DNA of 59,383 nt from a virus. Positions 43,276 through 51,368 of the stretch are shown here, piece by piece. The notes beneath the pieces are model-generated. The model was not told where the DNA came from. It saw nothing but the letters and a program-made list of their open reading frames with translations, and did not search any database. The first letter of the stretch is position 1; each line of letters opens with the position of its first letter. The translations under genes were made by a program, and so were the position numbers. Location of the stretch: the IMG/VR virus record IMGVR_UViG_3300024232_000001, positions 1 to 59,383 of that record, one strand, 5' to 3'.

Positions 43276-44699
43276 GTCCGGTCCCCCCTCCGCCTGCGAC
43301 GCCTGCGGCTACCCTCGCCGCCATAGCGGCTATTCTCATTGTGCCGGATATAAGGGCGAGCCATAACGGCGTACCTCAGCTCATCGACCGCGTGGTCCTC
43401 GCCCGAACTTAGAACATCTTCGGGTCTGCGCTCGTCATGCTGCACCGCCGGCAGCGTCCTGATCATAGCGTCGCACGTATCGAAGAAATACAGCATCGGC
43501 TCCTCTTCCCCCAAGAGCCGATCCCGCACCTGATCCCACCCCGCGATCCGCGAATTGTCCGCCTCGATGAAATCCACCCCGCACACCGCCATCCGCTCCG
43601 CAATGCTCGGCCCCCCATCCCACTTCCAGCACGCCGGGTCCGCCACCCGAAACGAAATCGACTGCTTCCCCTCCCGCGACTTGATCCCCTCCGCAACCTG
43701 CTCCGCCGTCAGCTTCAGCCCAACGTTCGGCGCACTCGCCCCATACCACTCCTGATACCGGATCAGCGCCCCCGCCGGGAACCACTTCCCATCCTTCAGC
43801 CGCGTCCCGTCGCTCACCGCATACAGCCCATAACTGAACGGGCGCGCACTCCCCCAATCAAAACTTCCGAACCGCATCCACCACCCCGGGATCGCAAACG
43901 GCTCTATCACATGCCGCTTCCGGTCAAACGCCTCGAAAAATGCCCCCGCCACAACATCCCAATCCCCGTCCTCCATCGCGCGCACGAGAGCCTCGTTGCC
44001 CAATCCTCGGAGCTTCGCCCGATACGACGGATCATCCTCCTGCATGCTCGGATTGTCCTCAAGCTTGGCCGGGATGAACTGCCGCACCATCCCGCCTTCA
44101 CCATCCGACATCGGACGCAACTCCATCGGCCTAACATTGTCGATGAACGTCGCCTTGACCCAGAGGTGGCCGATATTCCCCGGATTGCTCGCGCACAATA
44201 TCCGCGGAAACTTGCCACGGTACTGCTCAGGCACCGTGATCCCAACCATCCGCGTCCGACCCCGCAGGAACCGGTACACAACCTCCGAGAAGTGCGTCAG
44301 CTCGTCGATCAGCAGCACATGTATCTCCGCCCCCTGGTACTTGTACCGATCCCCATCATCCTTACAGTGGCACAGATATATCCGGCTCCCGTTCCAGAAC
44401 CGTATCTCTTCCTCAACAATCTTGATAAACCCAGCCTGCTCCCATCCCGCCAGCAGCGCCCGAAAACCCTTCGGTCCCTCCATGTGGTTCTTAATCAAAT
44501 CCGGGAAAAGACGCCGAAACACATAGACCTGAAGGCCTGCAATCTGCGTACACCACAGTATAGCCGCAGCCCGCATAAGAAAAGACTTCCCACCCCCAGC
44601 CGCGCCGCCATATAAAATCTCAGTCGCGTCCGACAATAACGCCGCACCCTGCCGAGGATGCAGGTTCAACGGGATGTTGACTACTTGCTGTGTACTCAC
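43260..44699 (-). CDS. terL: terminase large subunit
   Basis: LYGGAAGGGKS (Walker A), VLLIDELTHF (Walker B), C-terminal nuclease-like region; GTG start. Confidence 0.9.
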   Translation of the reverse strand: MSTQQVVNIPLNLHPRQGAALLSDATEILYGGAAGGGKSFLMRAAAILWCTQIAGLQVYVFRRLFPDLIKNHMEGPKGFRALLAGWEQAGFIKIVEEEIRFWNGSRIYLCHCKDDGDRYKYQGAEIHVLLIDELTHFSEVVYRFLRGRTRMVGITVPEQYRGKFPRILCASNPGNIGHLWVKATFIDNVRPMELRPMSDGEGGMVRQFIPAKLEDNPSMQEDDPSYRAKLRGLGNEALVRAMEDGDWDVVAGAFFEAFDRKRHVIEPFAIPGWWMRFGSFDWGSARPFSYGLYAVSDGTRLKDGKWFPAGALIRYQEWYGASAPNVGLKLTAEQVAEGIKSREGKQSISFRVADPACWKWDGGPSIAERMAVCGVDFIEADNSRIAGWDQVRDRLLGEEEPMLYFFDTCDAMIRTLPAVQHDERRPEDVLSSGEDHAVDELRYAVMARPYIRHNENSRYGGEGSRRRRRRRGDRTWLAA

Positions 44700-44910
44700 G
44701 GAATGGACGCAAATACTTGGGAATGGTGGAAATTATAAAATTTCGCTATTTTTTCAGAGGGAAAGCGGAACGTCCCTAGCCATCCCTTTGAAACAGGCCG
44801 CCCGTCAAGGAGGGCACCGGGGGGTCCGATTTGGCTCGGGATCGAGCCGCCGCGCATAAGATCGGTCTTTAATTGCAATGGCTTAGCCGAGGCGAACCCT
44901 CCTGGCATGG

Positions 44911-45105
44911 CTAGGCCCATCGTGCCGCACCGCGCTCGCTGGCTGCAGCTCTATGCCAGAGCCTGCACCAATCAACGCGGCGAACCATGCCATCTACCAG
45001 CGCGCAGGCAGACGGCGCACGGAAGTGATCGCACTGGCCGCAGTGATGCGGACCTTGTGCCGGGTGCTCGAACGCGACGGAGGCTTTGGTGCTCTTGTCA
45101 GCCAT
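44911..45105 (-). CDS. small Cys-containing protein (64 aa)
   Basis: ORF track; ATGGCTGA overlap with the upstream ORF. Confidence 0.4.
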   Translation of the reverse strand: MADKSTKASVAFEHPAQGPHHCGQCDHFRAPSACALVDGMVRRVDWCRLWHRAAASERGAARWA

Positions 45106-45280
45106 TACCGCACCGCAGCAAATCAGACGCTAGGATTTGCGCCGACCTACCATATGTTGATTGTGCGTTGCGGCATACTGCGGAAATTGGCCTAAGCCAT
45201 TGATATTGCTTGCGCGCTAATGTCGCAGAACGGTGATTATGGAAAATGTCTGCGCTATTCGCCATTGTGCAACGCGGCAT
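45098..45280 (-). CDS. hypothetical protein (60 aa)
   Basis: ORF track; TAATG junction with the terS stop. Confidence 0.35.
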   Translation of the reverse strand: MPRCTMANSADIFHNHRSATLARKQYQWLRPISAVCRNAQSTYGRSAQILASDLLRCGNG

Positions 45281-45756
45281 TAGACCGACGCCTTGCGAGA
45301 CCGCTTGCGTTTGCCTTCGAGCTGCTTCGGTGCCTGTTCGATCACCAATGGCTCAGCCTTTGCCGCGCCGATCACGACGCTAACCGCCGGCATCAGCGGC
45401 ACGCCGTCCTTGCCGCTCACCTCGTATTCCTGGCGGTCGCGGTAGTCCTCTCGCGAGTGGTTCTTCAGAGCAAACATGGTCATCGTAGCGGCCCCGCCGG
45501 ACCCGCCTTCATCGACGACGCGCTGGGCTCTTTCCTCCCATCGCATAGCGCAAGCAGCCTTGGCTCGCGATGCCGCTACGGAAAACTCCGGGTACGTGTC
45601 CATCCATTCTGAGATGGTGTCCCGTGCTACTCCGATCTTTCCGGCGAACCCTGTCAGGCTGAAGCCTTGTCGGCAGAAGGCGACAACCTCGTCGCAATAT
45701 TCCGGTCTGTAGAGGCTTGGTCTGCCGGGAGGGCGGCGCACGGCGACATCGGACAT
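45280..45756 (-). CDS. terS: terminase small subunit (158 aa)
   Basis: GRPSLYRPEYCDEVVAFCRQGFSLTGFAGKIGVARDTISEWMDTYPEFSVA, an HTH-type TerS N-terminus; upstream of terL; in-frame ATG 45756. Confidence 0.7.
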   Translation of the reverse strand: MSDVAVRRPPGRPSLYRPEYCDEVVAFCRQGFSLTGFAGKIGVARDTISEWMDTYPEFSVAASRAKAACAMRWEERAQRVVDEGGSGGAATMTMFALKNHSREDYRDRQEYEVSGKDGVPLMPAVSVVIGAAKAEPLVIEQAPKQLEGKRKRSRKASV

Positions 45757-45862
45757 GGATTTGCTAATGGCGCGATTTGGGTCGGTTGTCAAGCCGTGGC
45801 TTGTAGGCGGGCCAATCAGAGAAATATTCCTTACCGAACTTCGGCGATAGGATCGAGCGAGG

Positions 45863-45882
45863 GGCCGCTTCGGCGGCCTTTT
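45863..45882 (+). terminator. Intrinsic-terminator-like hairpin oriented for the + strand (antisense to the late operon)
   Basis: GGCCGC-TTCG-GCGGCC followed by TTTT. Confidence 0.4.
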
Positions 45883-45894
45883 GCTGGGCGCTAT

Positions 45895-46077
45895 AGTGGC
45901 GTTATATACAAGCGGGAATAGTGGCGAGTGGCGCATAGTGGCGCATGTTTCTATATTCGCGTAGCGCACACACATATAGGGAAAAATGCGGAAAACAGCG
46001 CCACTATGCGCCACTGTCAGGCTAAGTGATTGATTTGCATCAGGTGCGAGTGGCGCATGGGCCACTGATGCGCCACT
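45895..46077. repeat. Array of at least 8 copies of AGTGGCG(CAT) in both orientations around an AT-rich core; candidate replication origin (iterons) or pac/regulatory site
   Basis: Forward copies at 45895, 45920, 45927, 45937, 46049; reverse copies at 45999, 46006, (46061), 46068; an 18-bp inverted repeat 45927-45944 / 45998-46015 flanks a 53-bp AT-rich spacer. Confidence 0.8.
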
Positions 46078-47554
46078 ATTCCGGTCCCGTATGGGCGAAC
46101 TCAGGCTTGATTGCGACGCCCTTGCGATACCGTTTTCCGGCCGTTCCCTTGTATGCGGTGATGTCCTTTTCGTCCAATTTCTCGCCGAAGGTTTTGCCCG
46201 TAACCGCTGTCTCGCCATTATCCGCGCACCATTGCTTGTAGGCTGTGAACAGCTCACCGAAGGGCGCGGTATAGTTGGCGTGGAGGTCGCAGCGATCGGC
46301 GAGAAATCCGATGAGCAAATCCTGCGCTTCGCGATATGCGTTGGTTGCGGCTTGAACGGCCTCTGGCATCATCAGACCGATCTCTTGCCACTCGATACAG
46401 CCGCGCACGATTGACGCAAGGATGCCGGGTTGTTCGGTTACGAGCGTTTCTTTGAGGCGATCATCTTTGACTGGATCGCCTAACTCGGCTTTCTCCGGGT
46501 CCAGGAATGTCACCGCGAACGGCAGAAGGCGGATGCGGCGCCAAATGCCGTTGTCGGTACCGCGAATGCGGGGCTTGTGATTGGTGGCAAGCCATAACTT
46601 GAACTTGGGCAGAAACTCGAAAAACTCATGATGCAGGTAGCGAGCCGCCATGCGATCTCCGCCCGTCGCCTGCTTAACCAGCCCTTCGGCGAGGCGCCGT
46701 TCCTGGTCGGTCTCGACGACAGATACGAGGCGGGCGCCAGCTAGGCGGGCGATATCGTTGGACATGCCCCCGCCTTTGTCCTTCATCGCAAAGGTCTCGG
46801 ACGGGCACTGGCGGGTGTAGTCGGCAAGGATCGAGGCCACGGTTTCGAGCAGGACCGATTTTCCGTTTGATCCGCATCCGTGAAGGATGAAAATCACATG
46901 TTCGCGCGTGATGCCGGTCAGCGAATATCCGAGTGCGCGCTGGGTAAAGCGCACGAGATCATCGTCGCCGGCAAAAATCTCTGACATGAAACGATCCCAG
47001 GTGGGGCAGAGCGCGTCCGGTTCGTAGGGAACAGGGGACAACTTGGTTATCAGATCGGCTTGACGATGCGAGCGAATCGAGCCGGTTCTCAGATCGATCG
47101 TGCCGTTGGCGCAATTGAACAGCCACGGGTCGGTATCAAGATCGTCGGAGGTGATGGCGAGGTGCGGTGCAGCCTGCTCCATCATCCCCTTGAGGCGCGT
47201 CGAGTAACCTGACGATATCGCCCATTTGGCGCGGTTCTCAGCAGCCTTCTTGTCGGCCAGCGATGCTATCTCGGCAAAGATCGCTTTGGCTGTCTGTTGA
47301 GCAAACCGCTTGACCGCAACATCGCCGCTATCGATCGCCCATCGCTTGCCGTCCCACACATGCCAGCCGACGTTGACGACATATACCAGCAGGTGCCCGA
47401 AGCGATCGATGAGCCGCTTCGCATTGCCGATGTCGTTCTGTTCGTAGGCGCAGAGCTGCGCGTCTAAATCCTGGCCGTTGCGGTGCTGCTGGTATCTGAC
47501 CGCCGAAGGGTCGGTTACGGACTTTGGCGAAGATCGAGGGGCAATGCCGATCAT
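46076..47554 (-). CDS. P4-family phage/plasmid primase C-terminal domain / D5-like SF3 helicase
   Basis: DTDPWLFNCANGTIDLRTG...HVIFILHGCGSNGKSVLLE (Walker A)...RLVSVVETDQ. Confidence 0.85.
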   Translation of the reverse strand: MIGIAPRSSPKSVTDPSAVRYQQHRNGQDLDAQLCAYEQNDIGNAKRLIDRFGHLLVYVVNVGWHVWDGKRWAIDSGDVAVKRFAQQTAKAIFAEIASLADKKAAENRAKWAISSGYSTRLKGMMEQAAPHLAITSDDLDTDPWLFNCANGTIDLRTGSIRSHRQADLITKLSPVPYEPDALCPTWDRFMSEIFAGDDDLVRFTQRALGYSLTGITREHVIFILHGCGSNGKSVLLETVASILADYTRQCPSETFAMKDKGGGMSNDIARLAGARLVSVVETDQERRLAEGLVKQATGGDRMAARYLHHEFFEFLPKFKLWLATNHKPRIRGTDNGIWRRIRLLPFAVTFLDPEKAELGDPVKDDRLKETLVTEQPGILASIVRGCIEWQEIGLMMPEAVQAATNAYREAQDLLIGFLADRCDLHANYTAPFGELFTAYKQWCADNGETAVTGKTFGEKLDEKDITAYKGTAGKRYRKGVAIKPEFAHTGPE

Positions 47555-48126
47555 GTCTCGATCCCCCAGTCAGGCACGCTGCAATGGGGATGACTATCCC
47601 GATATGCGCAGAGGGCTTTATCGCGGTCGCTGAGCGGAATGTTTTCTCGTCGATAGATCGGCGGTCTAGCTGCTAGCGTCGCCGCATCCGATTTGACAAA
47701 TGCACCGCTCGCCCAGCCATACATCGGGCAAGCGTATCGCGCCAACCACGCCGGGTCACGGTACATCTGCCGGATAACCTCGCCGATCGATCGCCAATTA
47801 GACGTATGCAGATCGAGCAACTGAACGTCGGTTAGCTCAGGGACGCGAGGAGCCGTGCGCTTGTGCGACGATGCCGGGATAGGTCCGCCGAGGAATGCAG
47901 TAGCCTCTTTCCAGGTCATCTTGCGCATGATGCGCAGCCAGTCGATGGAGTCGCCCGTGACTTTGCAGCTATGGCAGAAGTAACGCCATTTAGGCCCGGT
48001 ATCCCAGACGTGAAAGCTGGGCGTCTTCTCTCCGTGGAACGGGCACTTTCCAGCGTAGCGCGAGCCGCCGATGCGGCGCATTTGCACGCCGTCCTGGCGG
48101 ATTAGGTCCACGAGATTAGGCGTCAC
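47551..48126 (-). CDS. CHC2 zinc-finger (DnaG-type) protein without a recognisable Toprim domain
   Basis: YAGKCPFHGEKTPSFHVWDTGPKWRYFCHSCKVTGDSIDW; GTG 48126 after GGGGGGAGC; the ORF extends to 48255. Confidence 0.7.
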   Translation of the reverse strand: MTPNLVDLIRQDGVQMRRIGGSRYAGKCPFHGEKTPSFHVWDTGPKWRYFCHSCKVTGDSIDWLRIMRKMTWKEATAFLGGPIPASSHKRTAPRVPELTDVQLLDLHTSNWRSIGEVIRQMYRDPAWLARYACPMYGWASGAFVKSDAATLAARPPIYRRENIPLSDRDKALCAYRDSHPHCSVPDWGIET

Positions 48127-48335
48127 GCGCGCTCCCCCCAAATGGAAATCCTGGGCGCGGGGCTCGAAACCCTGACGTGACCGGGAGGGGTCGATCGGAA
48201 GCGGGACAATTTGGGCAGCTACCCCCAAACGCGATCCCCGCGCCCATTCACTCAATCATGCGCTTCAGCCTGCCGTGCGTCAACCGCCGGCGTGTGATCT
48301 GGGTCACAGATAAAATCGCCGCCGCCTCGCATTTT

Positions 48336-48382
48336 CCTGTTGACGGCGGGATTGCGCGGGATTACGGTACGACATCAACAGG
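48336..48382 (+). promoter_or_regulatory. Early promoter copy 1: TTGACG -35 (48340-45) bracketed by the inverted repeat CCTGTTGA / TCAACAGG
   Basis: CATTTTCCTGTTGACGGCG...GGGAT...CATCAACAGGAGA, a paralogue of 49351..49412. Confidence 0.5.
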
Positions 48383-48391
48383 AGATCACAG

Positions 48392-48646
48392 ATGACCGAC
48401 CTCACCGCCAAACAGACCGCCGCCCTCGAAGCCATTTACAGCGCGGCTCCTCGACTGGCAGATCGGCCCTACGAGATGGTGCGGTCGCTGGAAGAGAACG
48501 GGTTCATCAGCGTGCGGCTCGGCGATGTGGGCGAAGACTGGACGAAGCCCGCAGAGCGCCGCGCCCTCCGCAAGGCATTCACCATTGCCGAGAAATCCGG
48601 CTTCAAGGTGTTCCACACCGACAAGGGCGTTGGGCTGGAGTTTTAG
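48392..48646 (+). CDS. hypothetical protein (84 aa)
   Basis: ORF track; AGGAGA 6 nt upstream. Confidence 0.6.
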   Translation: MTDLTAKQTAALEAIYSAAPRLADRPYEMVRSLEENGFISVRLGDVGEDWTKPAERRALRKAFTIAEKSGFKVFHTDKGVGLEF

Positions 48647-48683
48647 GAACTGCCGTTAATCTCGCCTAGAGGAGATTCAGACC

Positions 48684-48935
48684 ATGACCGCGACAGCCTT
48701 TACCTTGAATGAGCATCGGCATCTGATGGGCCTGGAACACAAGTACGTCATGCGCGCGTCTACCTCGCGCGTTGTTGGCGGCGAAGTGGATACCCTGCTG
48801 GGTCTGACGAAGCGCGGCCTTGTTGAGGCTCTCCCCGACCCCAAGTTTCCCGGCACGGTGGATATTTTCATCACGAGCGCGGGCCGCGAGGCACTGGCAG
48901 GCGATATCATTTATCGCGAAAGCGATAGCCTTTAA
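48684..48935 (+). CDS. hypothetical protein (83 aa)
   Basis: ORF track; CTAGAGGAGA upstream. Confidence 0.6.
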   Translation: MTATAFTLNEHRHLMGLEHKYVMRASTSRVVGGEVDTLLGLTKRGLVEALPDPKFPGTVDIFITSAGREALAGDIIYRESDSL

Positions 48936-48956
48936 TCATAGTTAAGGGAGAGGAAA

Positions 48957-49130
48957 ATGATCGAGCCTGATGCGCGTCCGCAAAGGTGCACACCCGTCGC
49001 CCAATGGAAGCCAACCTGCGCATGGCGGATGCAGAGCGGCGTCCGCACCGAGGAGGTTCCCGGTTGGCTTATGGGCGATGACAAATTCCGCGCTGGCCAT
49101 TGGGATGAGATCGGAGCGAAGGTCGCCTGA
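48957..49130 (+). CDS. hypothetical protein (57 aa)
   Basis: ATG after TTAAGGGAGAGG; hand-translated; TGATG junction with the next gene. Confidence 0.45.
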   Translation: MIEPDARPQRCTPVAQWKPTCAWRMQSGVRTEEVPGWLMGDDKFRAGHWDEIGAKVA

Positions 49131-49345
49131 TGCCTGCGAAATTCATCCCATACACCGGCCCCACTGCGCCGGAATACAGCTATCAGGTCGCAGTGCGCTT
49201 CACCCTGGATGCCGTGAAGCGTATGGACCATTGGCGCAGCTTGCAGGACGACTTTACGACGCGCGCCGAGCTTGTGCGCCAAGCGGTCGATGAGTTCCTC
49301 GCGCGCCAGAAGGTCCAGATTCCTCACGAAGGAAAAGTTTCGTAA
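49130..49345 (+). CDS. ribbon-helix-helix (CopG/Arc-like) DNA-binding protein
   Basis: YQVAVRFTLDAVKRMD (strand plus helix A) and TRAELVRQAVDEFLARQ (helix B). Confidence 0.6.
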   Translation: MPAKFIPYTGPTAPEYSYQVAVRFTLDAVKRMDHWRSLQDDFTTRAELVRQAVDEFLARQKVQIPHEGKVS

Positions 49346-49356
49346 GGCATCACTTT

Positions 49357-49388
49357 CCTGTTGACGCCGCATCCCGTTGGGATATGAT
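49357..49388 (+). promoter_or_regulatory. Early promoter copy 2: TTGACG (49361-66) - 16 nt - TATGAT (49383-88)
   Basis: CACTTTCCTGTTGACGCCG...GGGATATGAT read directly. Confidence 0.55.
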
Positions 49389-49412
49389 GGCCCATCAGCA
49401 AGGAGACACGAG

Positions 49413-49619
49413 ATGACCGATCACTTGGACGCGCTCAACACCCGACTCGCACATGAACGGGATCGATTGGCGAACGCCAAGACGGCACGCGAGCGCGCCC
49501 TGCGGTCGGTCTGGGTTGCTGGCAACGAACGCGAGATCGCTAGCGAACGCAAGTTCCTCGGCCTCGCTGAAATCGATGCGATGAGCGACGACGAATTGCT
49601 TGCAGAGCTCAGAGGATAG
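49413..49619 (+). CDS. hypothetical protein (68 aa)
   Basis: In-frame ATG after AAGGAGA. Confidence 0.55.
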   Translation: MTDHLDALNTRLAHERDRLANAKTARERALRSVWVAGNEREIASERKFLGLAEIDAMSDDELLAELRG

Positions 49620-49623
49620 AGCG

Positions 49624-49845
49624 ATGTGCGATTGTGTTCACCGCATAAACGCCGGTCTCGCCAAGAGCGAGTTCCCGAATACGATGGTCGAATATCCTCT
49701 GTTCGGTGAGCCGGTCACATTCGTCCTGACGTGCAAGCGCGAGGAAAAGGTCCGACAGAAGCCCAAACGTGTGTTTGCAACCTACTGTCCGTTCTGCGGC
49801 GTAAAATATTCCAAACCGGAAGCTATGCCCTTTAATCCGTCTTAA
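49624..49845 (+). CDS. small zinc-ribbon-like protein (73 aa)
   Basis: In-frame ATG 49624; MCDC...CPFCG. Confidence 0.55.
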   Translation: MCDCVHRINAGLAKSEFPNTMVEYPLFGEPVTFVLTCKREEKVRQKPKRVFATYCPFCGVKYSKPEAMPFNPS

Positions 49846-49857
49846 GGGAGATTTGAA

Positions 49858-50058
49858 ATGTCGCTGATCGCCGCAAATCAGACTGTTTCCCGAGGCGTCT
49901 ACGGCATGGCAATCCGTAACGGGACCACGGCGACAGATGAATTTCTGGTCGCGCAGACAGAGCGGATTGCAACTCCGATTCGATCACCGCCCGCATGTCA
50001 CCAAGTCGCCGCGCGAAATGGCCGCGCGCATAGTGAGGGCATGACATGCCGGAAATAG
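49858..50058 (+). CDS. hypothetical protein (66 aa)
   Basis: ORF track; TTAAGGGAGA upstream. Confidence 0.45.
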   Translation: MSLIAANQTVSRGVYGMAIRNGTTATDEFLVAQTERIATPIRSPPACHQVAARNGRAHSEGMTCRK

Positions 50059-50246
50059 AGGCCGTACAGCATACGATGGCTGAGGTCATCGCCGAGATCG
50101 AGACCCTGATAGGTGACGCGAAGGTAGAGCTTCGCGAAGCGTTGGCAGACGATCAGAACAGCTATGGATCGGGATACGAGGCCGGGTTCCTAGACGCTTG
50201 CCGACAAATCTACAATTTCATCTTTGACGCCGAGGTGGCGCCATGA
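50046..50246 (+). CDS. hypothetical acidic protein (66 aa)
   Basis: ORF track. Confidence 0.5.
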   Translation: MPEIEAVQHTMAEVIAEIETLIGDAKVELREALADDQNSYGSGYEAGFLDACRQIYNFIFDAEVAP

Positions 50247-50554
50247 CGAAATCCGCCGCAGATAAAATTGCCGCAGAACTGGCCACTGAACGCCTACGGC
50301 AAATCAGAGACGAAGGATGGTCCGCTGACCATGATGACGAACATGGCCGAGGCGTGCTTCCCAAAGCGGCAATGAGCTATTGTCAGTCAGCCTCGGTCGG
50401 CCTGATAGATACGAGTATTTTAGCAGGCAAGCCCCCCACCTATTGGCCGTGGGACGCGAAGTGGTGGAAACCAAAGACGGCGCGGCGTGACTTGGTTCGC
50501 GCTGGCGCGCTCATTATCGCCGAGATTGAGCGGCTAGATCGGGAAACCCCTTAA
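50243..50554 (+). CDS. hypothetical protein (103 aa), conserved-looking EGW..DHDDEH...WPW..KWWKP pattern
   Basis: ORF track; ATGA coupling; function not assignable by eye. Confidence 0.6.
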   Translation: MTKSAADKIAAELATERLRQIRDEGWSADHDDEHGRGVLPKAAMSYCQSASVGLIDTSILAGKPPTYWPWDAKWWKPKTARRDLVRAGALIIAEIERLDRETP

Positions 50555-50576
50555 GGCAGATTAAAGGAGTTTTGAA

Positions 50577-50897
50577 ATGCCGTTCGACGGAACTAATCTT
50601 GACGAAACGACCAAAACGTTGATCGAGGCTCGTCGCATCCTAATCGATTATGGTTGGTGCGTTGGGAATCTAGTGCAGAACGATGGGCGCCATTGCGCAA
50701 TGGGAGCCATCAATGCCGCGATGGGTCATCATGTAAACGCGGCAGGCCCTGCCTATGGTAGCGAGGCGGAGAAACGCCTTTTGAAGGTGCTCCCCCAAAA
50801 ATGGCTCGGTCAGTGCATTCCATCCTTCAACAACGCTCAGGATACGGTAGAGCCTGTGATTGCGCTATTTGACCGCGCCATCGCAAACAGCCCTTAA
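50577..50897 (+). CDS. hypothetical protein (106 aa)
   Basis: ORF track; YGWCVGNLVQNDGRHCAMGAINAA. Confidence 0.6.
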   Translation: MPFDGTNLDETTKTLIEARRILIDYGWCVGNLVQNDGRHCAMGAINAAMGHHVNAAGPAYGSEAEKRLLKVLPQKWLGQCIPSFNNAQDTVEPVIALFDRAIANSP

Positions 50898-50917
50898 GCA
50901 GATTTAACGGCGATTCG

Positions 50918-51046
50918 ATGGCCCTCAAATTCTGGCAGATCGTCAGCACGCTGTCACGGCCTCTGGCCTATCGTGGATGGTCTGCCCTCTATTGGTACGC
51001 GATCGGCCAGCGGAATGCCCGAGGCGATTTCGGGTTTCCCTGTTAG
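50918..51046 (+). CDS. possible 42-aa peptide
   Basis: ATG after TTAA-N6-TTAACGGCGA; weak SD. Confidence 0.3.
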   Translation: MALKFWQIVSTLSRPLAYRGWSALYWYAIGQRNARGDFGFPC

Positions 51047-51067
51047 GTCTTGTTAACGGAGAGAGAC

Positions 51068-51244
51068 GTGACGAGAGATGAACTCAAAACATTGCGCGCC
51101 AGGACCGCTGATAGGCCGGTGCAGGAGTTGCTGGACGTGTTCGATGCGGCGGTCTCGTGGGTCAACGATTGGGATGACACCAAACCAGGGCAGCATACGA
51201 TCGAGCGGCAGCTCTTCGATCTCGTCAAAAGCACGCAGCCTTAA
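51068..51244 (+). CDS. hypothetical protein (58 aa)
   Basis: GTG 5 nt after TTAACGGAGA. Confidence 0.5.
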   Translation: MTRDELKTLRARTADRPVQELLDVFDAAVSWVNDWDDTKPGQHTIERQLFDLVKSTQP

Positions 51245-51258
51245 CGGAGGATCGAACG

Positions 51259-51336
51259 ATGCAGATGTACCACCAAGGACGCTGGTTCTGGGTCGAGCGT
51301 TTCACCGGTCGAGGCTGGTCGTTCTGGTCGTGGTGA
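51259..51336 (+). CDS. possible 25-aa Trp-rich peptide
   Basis: ATG after TTAACGGAGG; MQMYHQGRWFWVERFTGRGWSFWSW. Confidence 0.25.
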   Translation: MQMYHQGRWFWVERFTGRGWSFWSW

Positions 51337-51368
51337 TCGCCTTTATCTGACATTAAAGGAGGAATGAA

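Noticed and set aside
43437-44615. 392-aa + strand ORF antisense to terL. Similar long antisense ORFs: 35778..36935, 20832..21920, 23242..24132, 24250..25116, 41400..42083, 57411..57956, 18610..19227
   Set aside because: Their products are R/P/S/L-rich low-complexity sequences with no RBS. They lie entirely inside genes with clear domain matches on the other strand, which is typical of shadow ORFs in GC-rich DNA.
44696-44920. 74-aa minus-strand ORF ending in a GTGA overlap with the terL start
   Set aside because: The coupling geometry is attractive. However, the 3' half is AT-rich (GAAAAAATAGCGAAATTTTATAATTTC), which is atypical for coding sequence in this genome, and the region contains a perfect hairpin (GGCTCG-GGAT-CGAGCC). 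I left it uncalled as a possible leader or regulatory region for terL.
45895-46077. CRISPR-like repeat array
   Set aside because: The repeat unit is only about 10 bp. Copies are adjacent or inverted, without unique spacers of CRISPR size, and no cas genes are present. The array fits iterons or binding sites.
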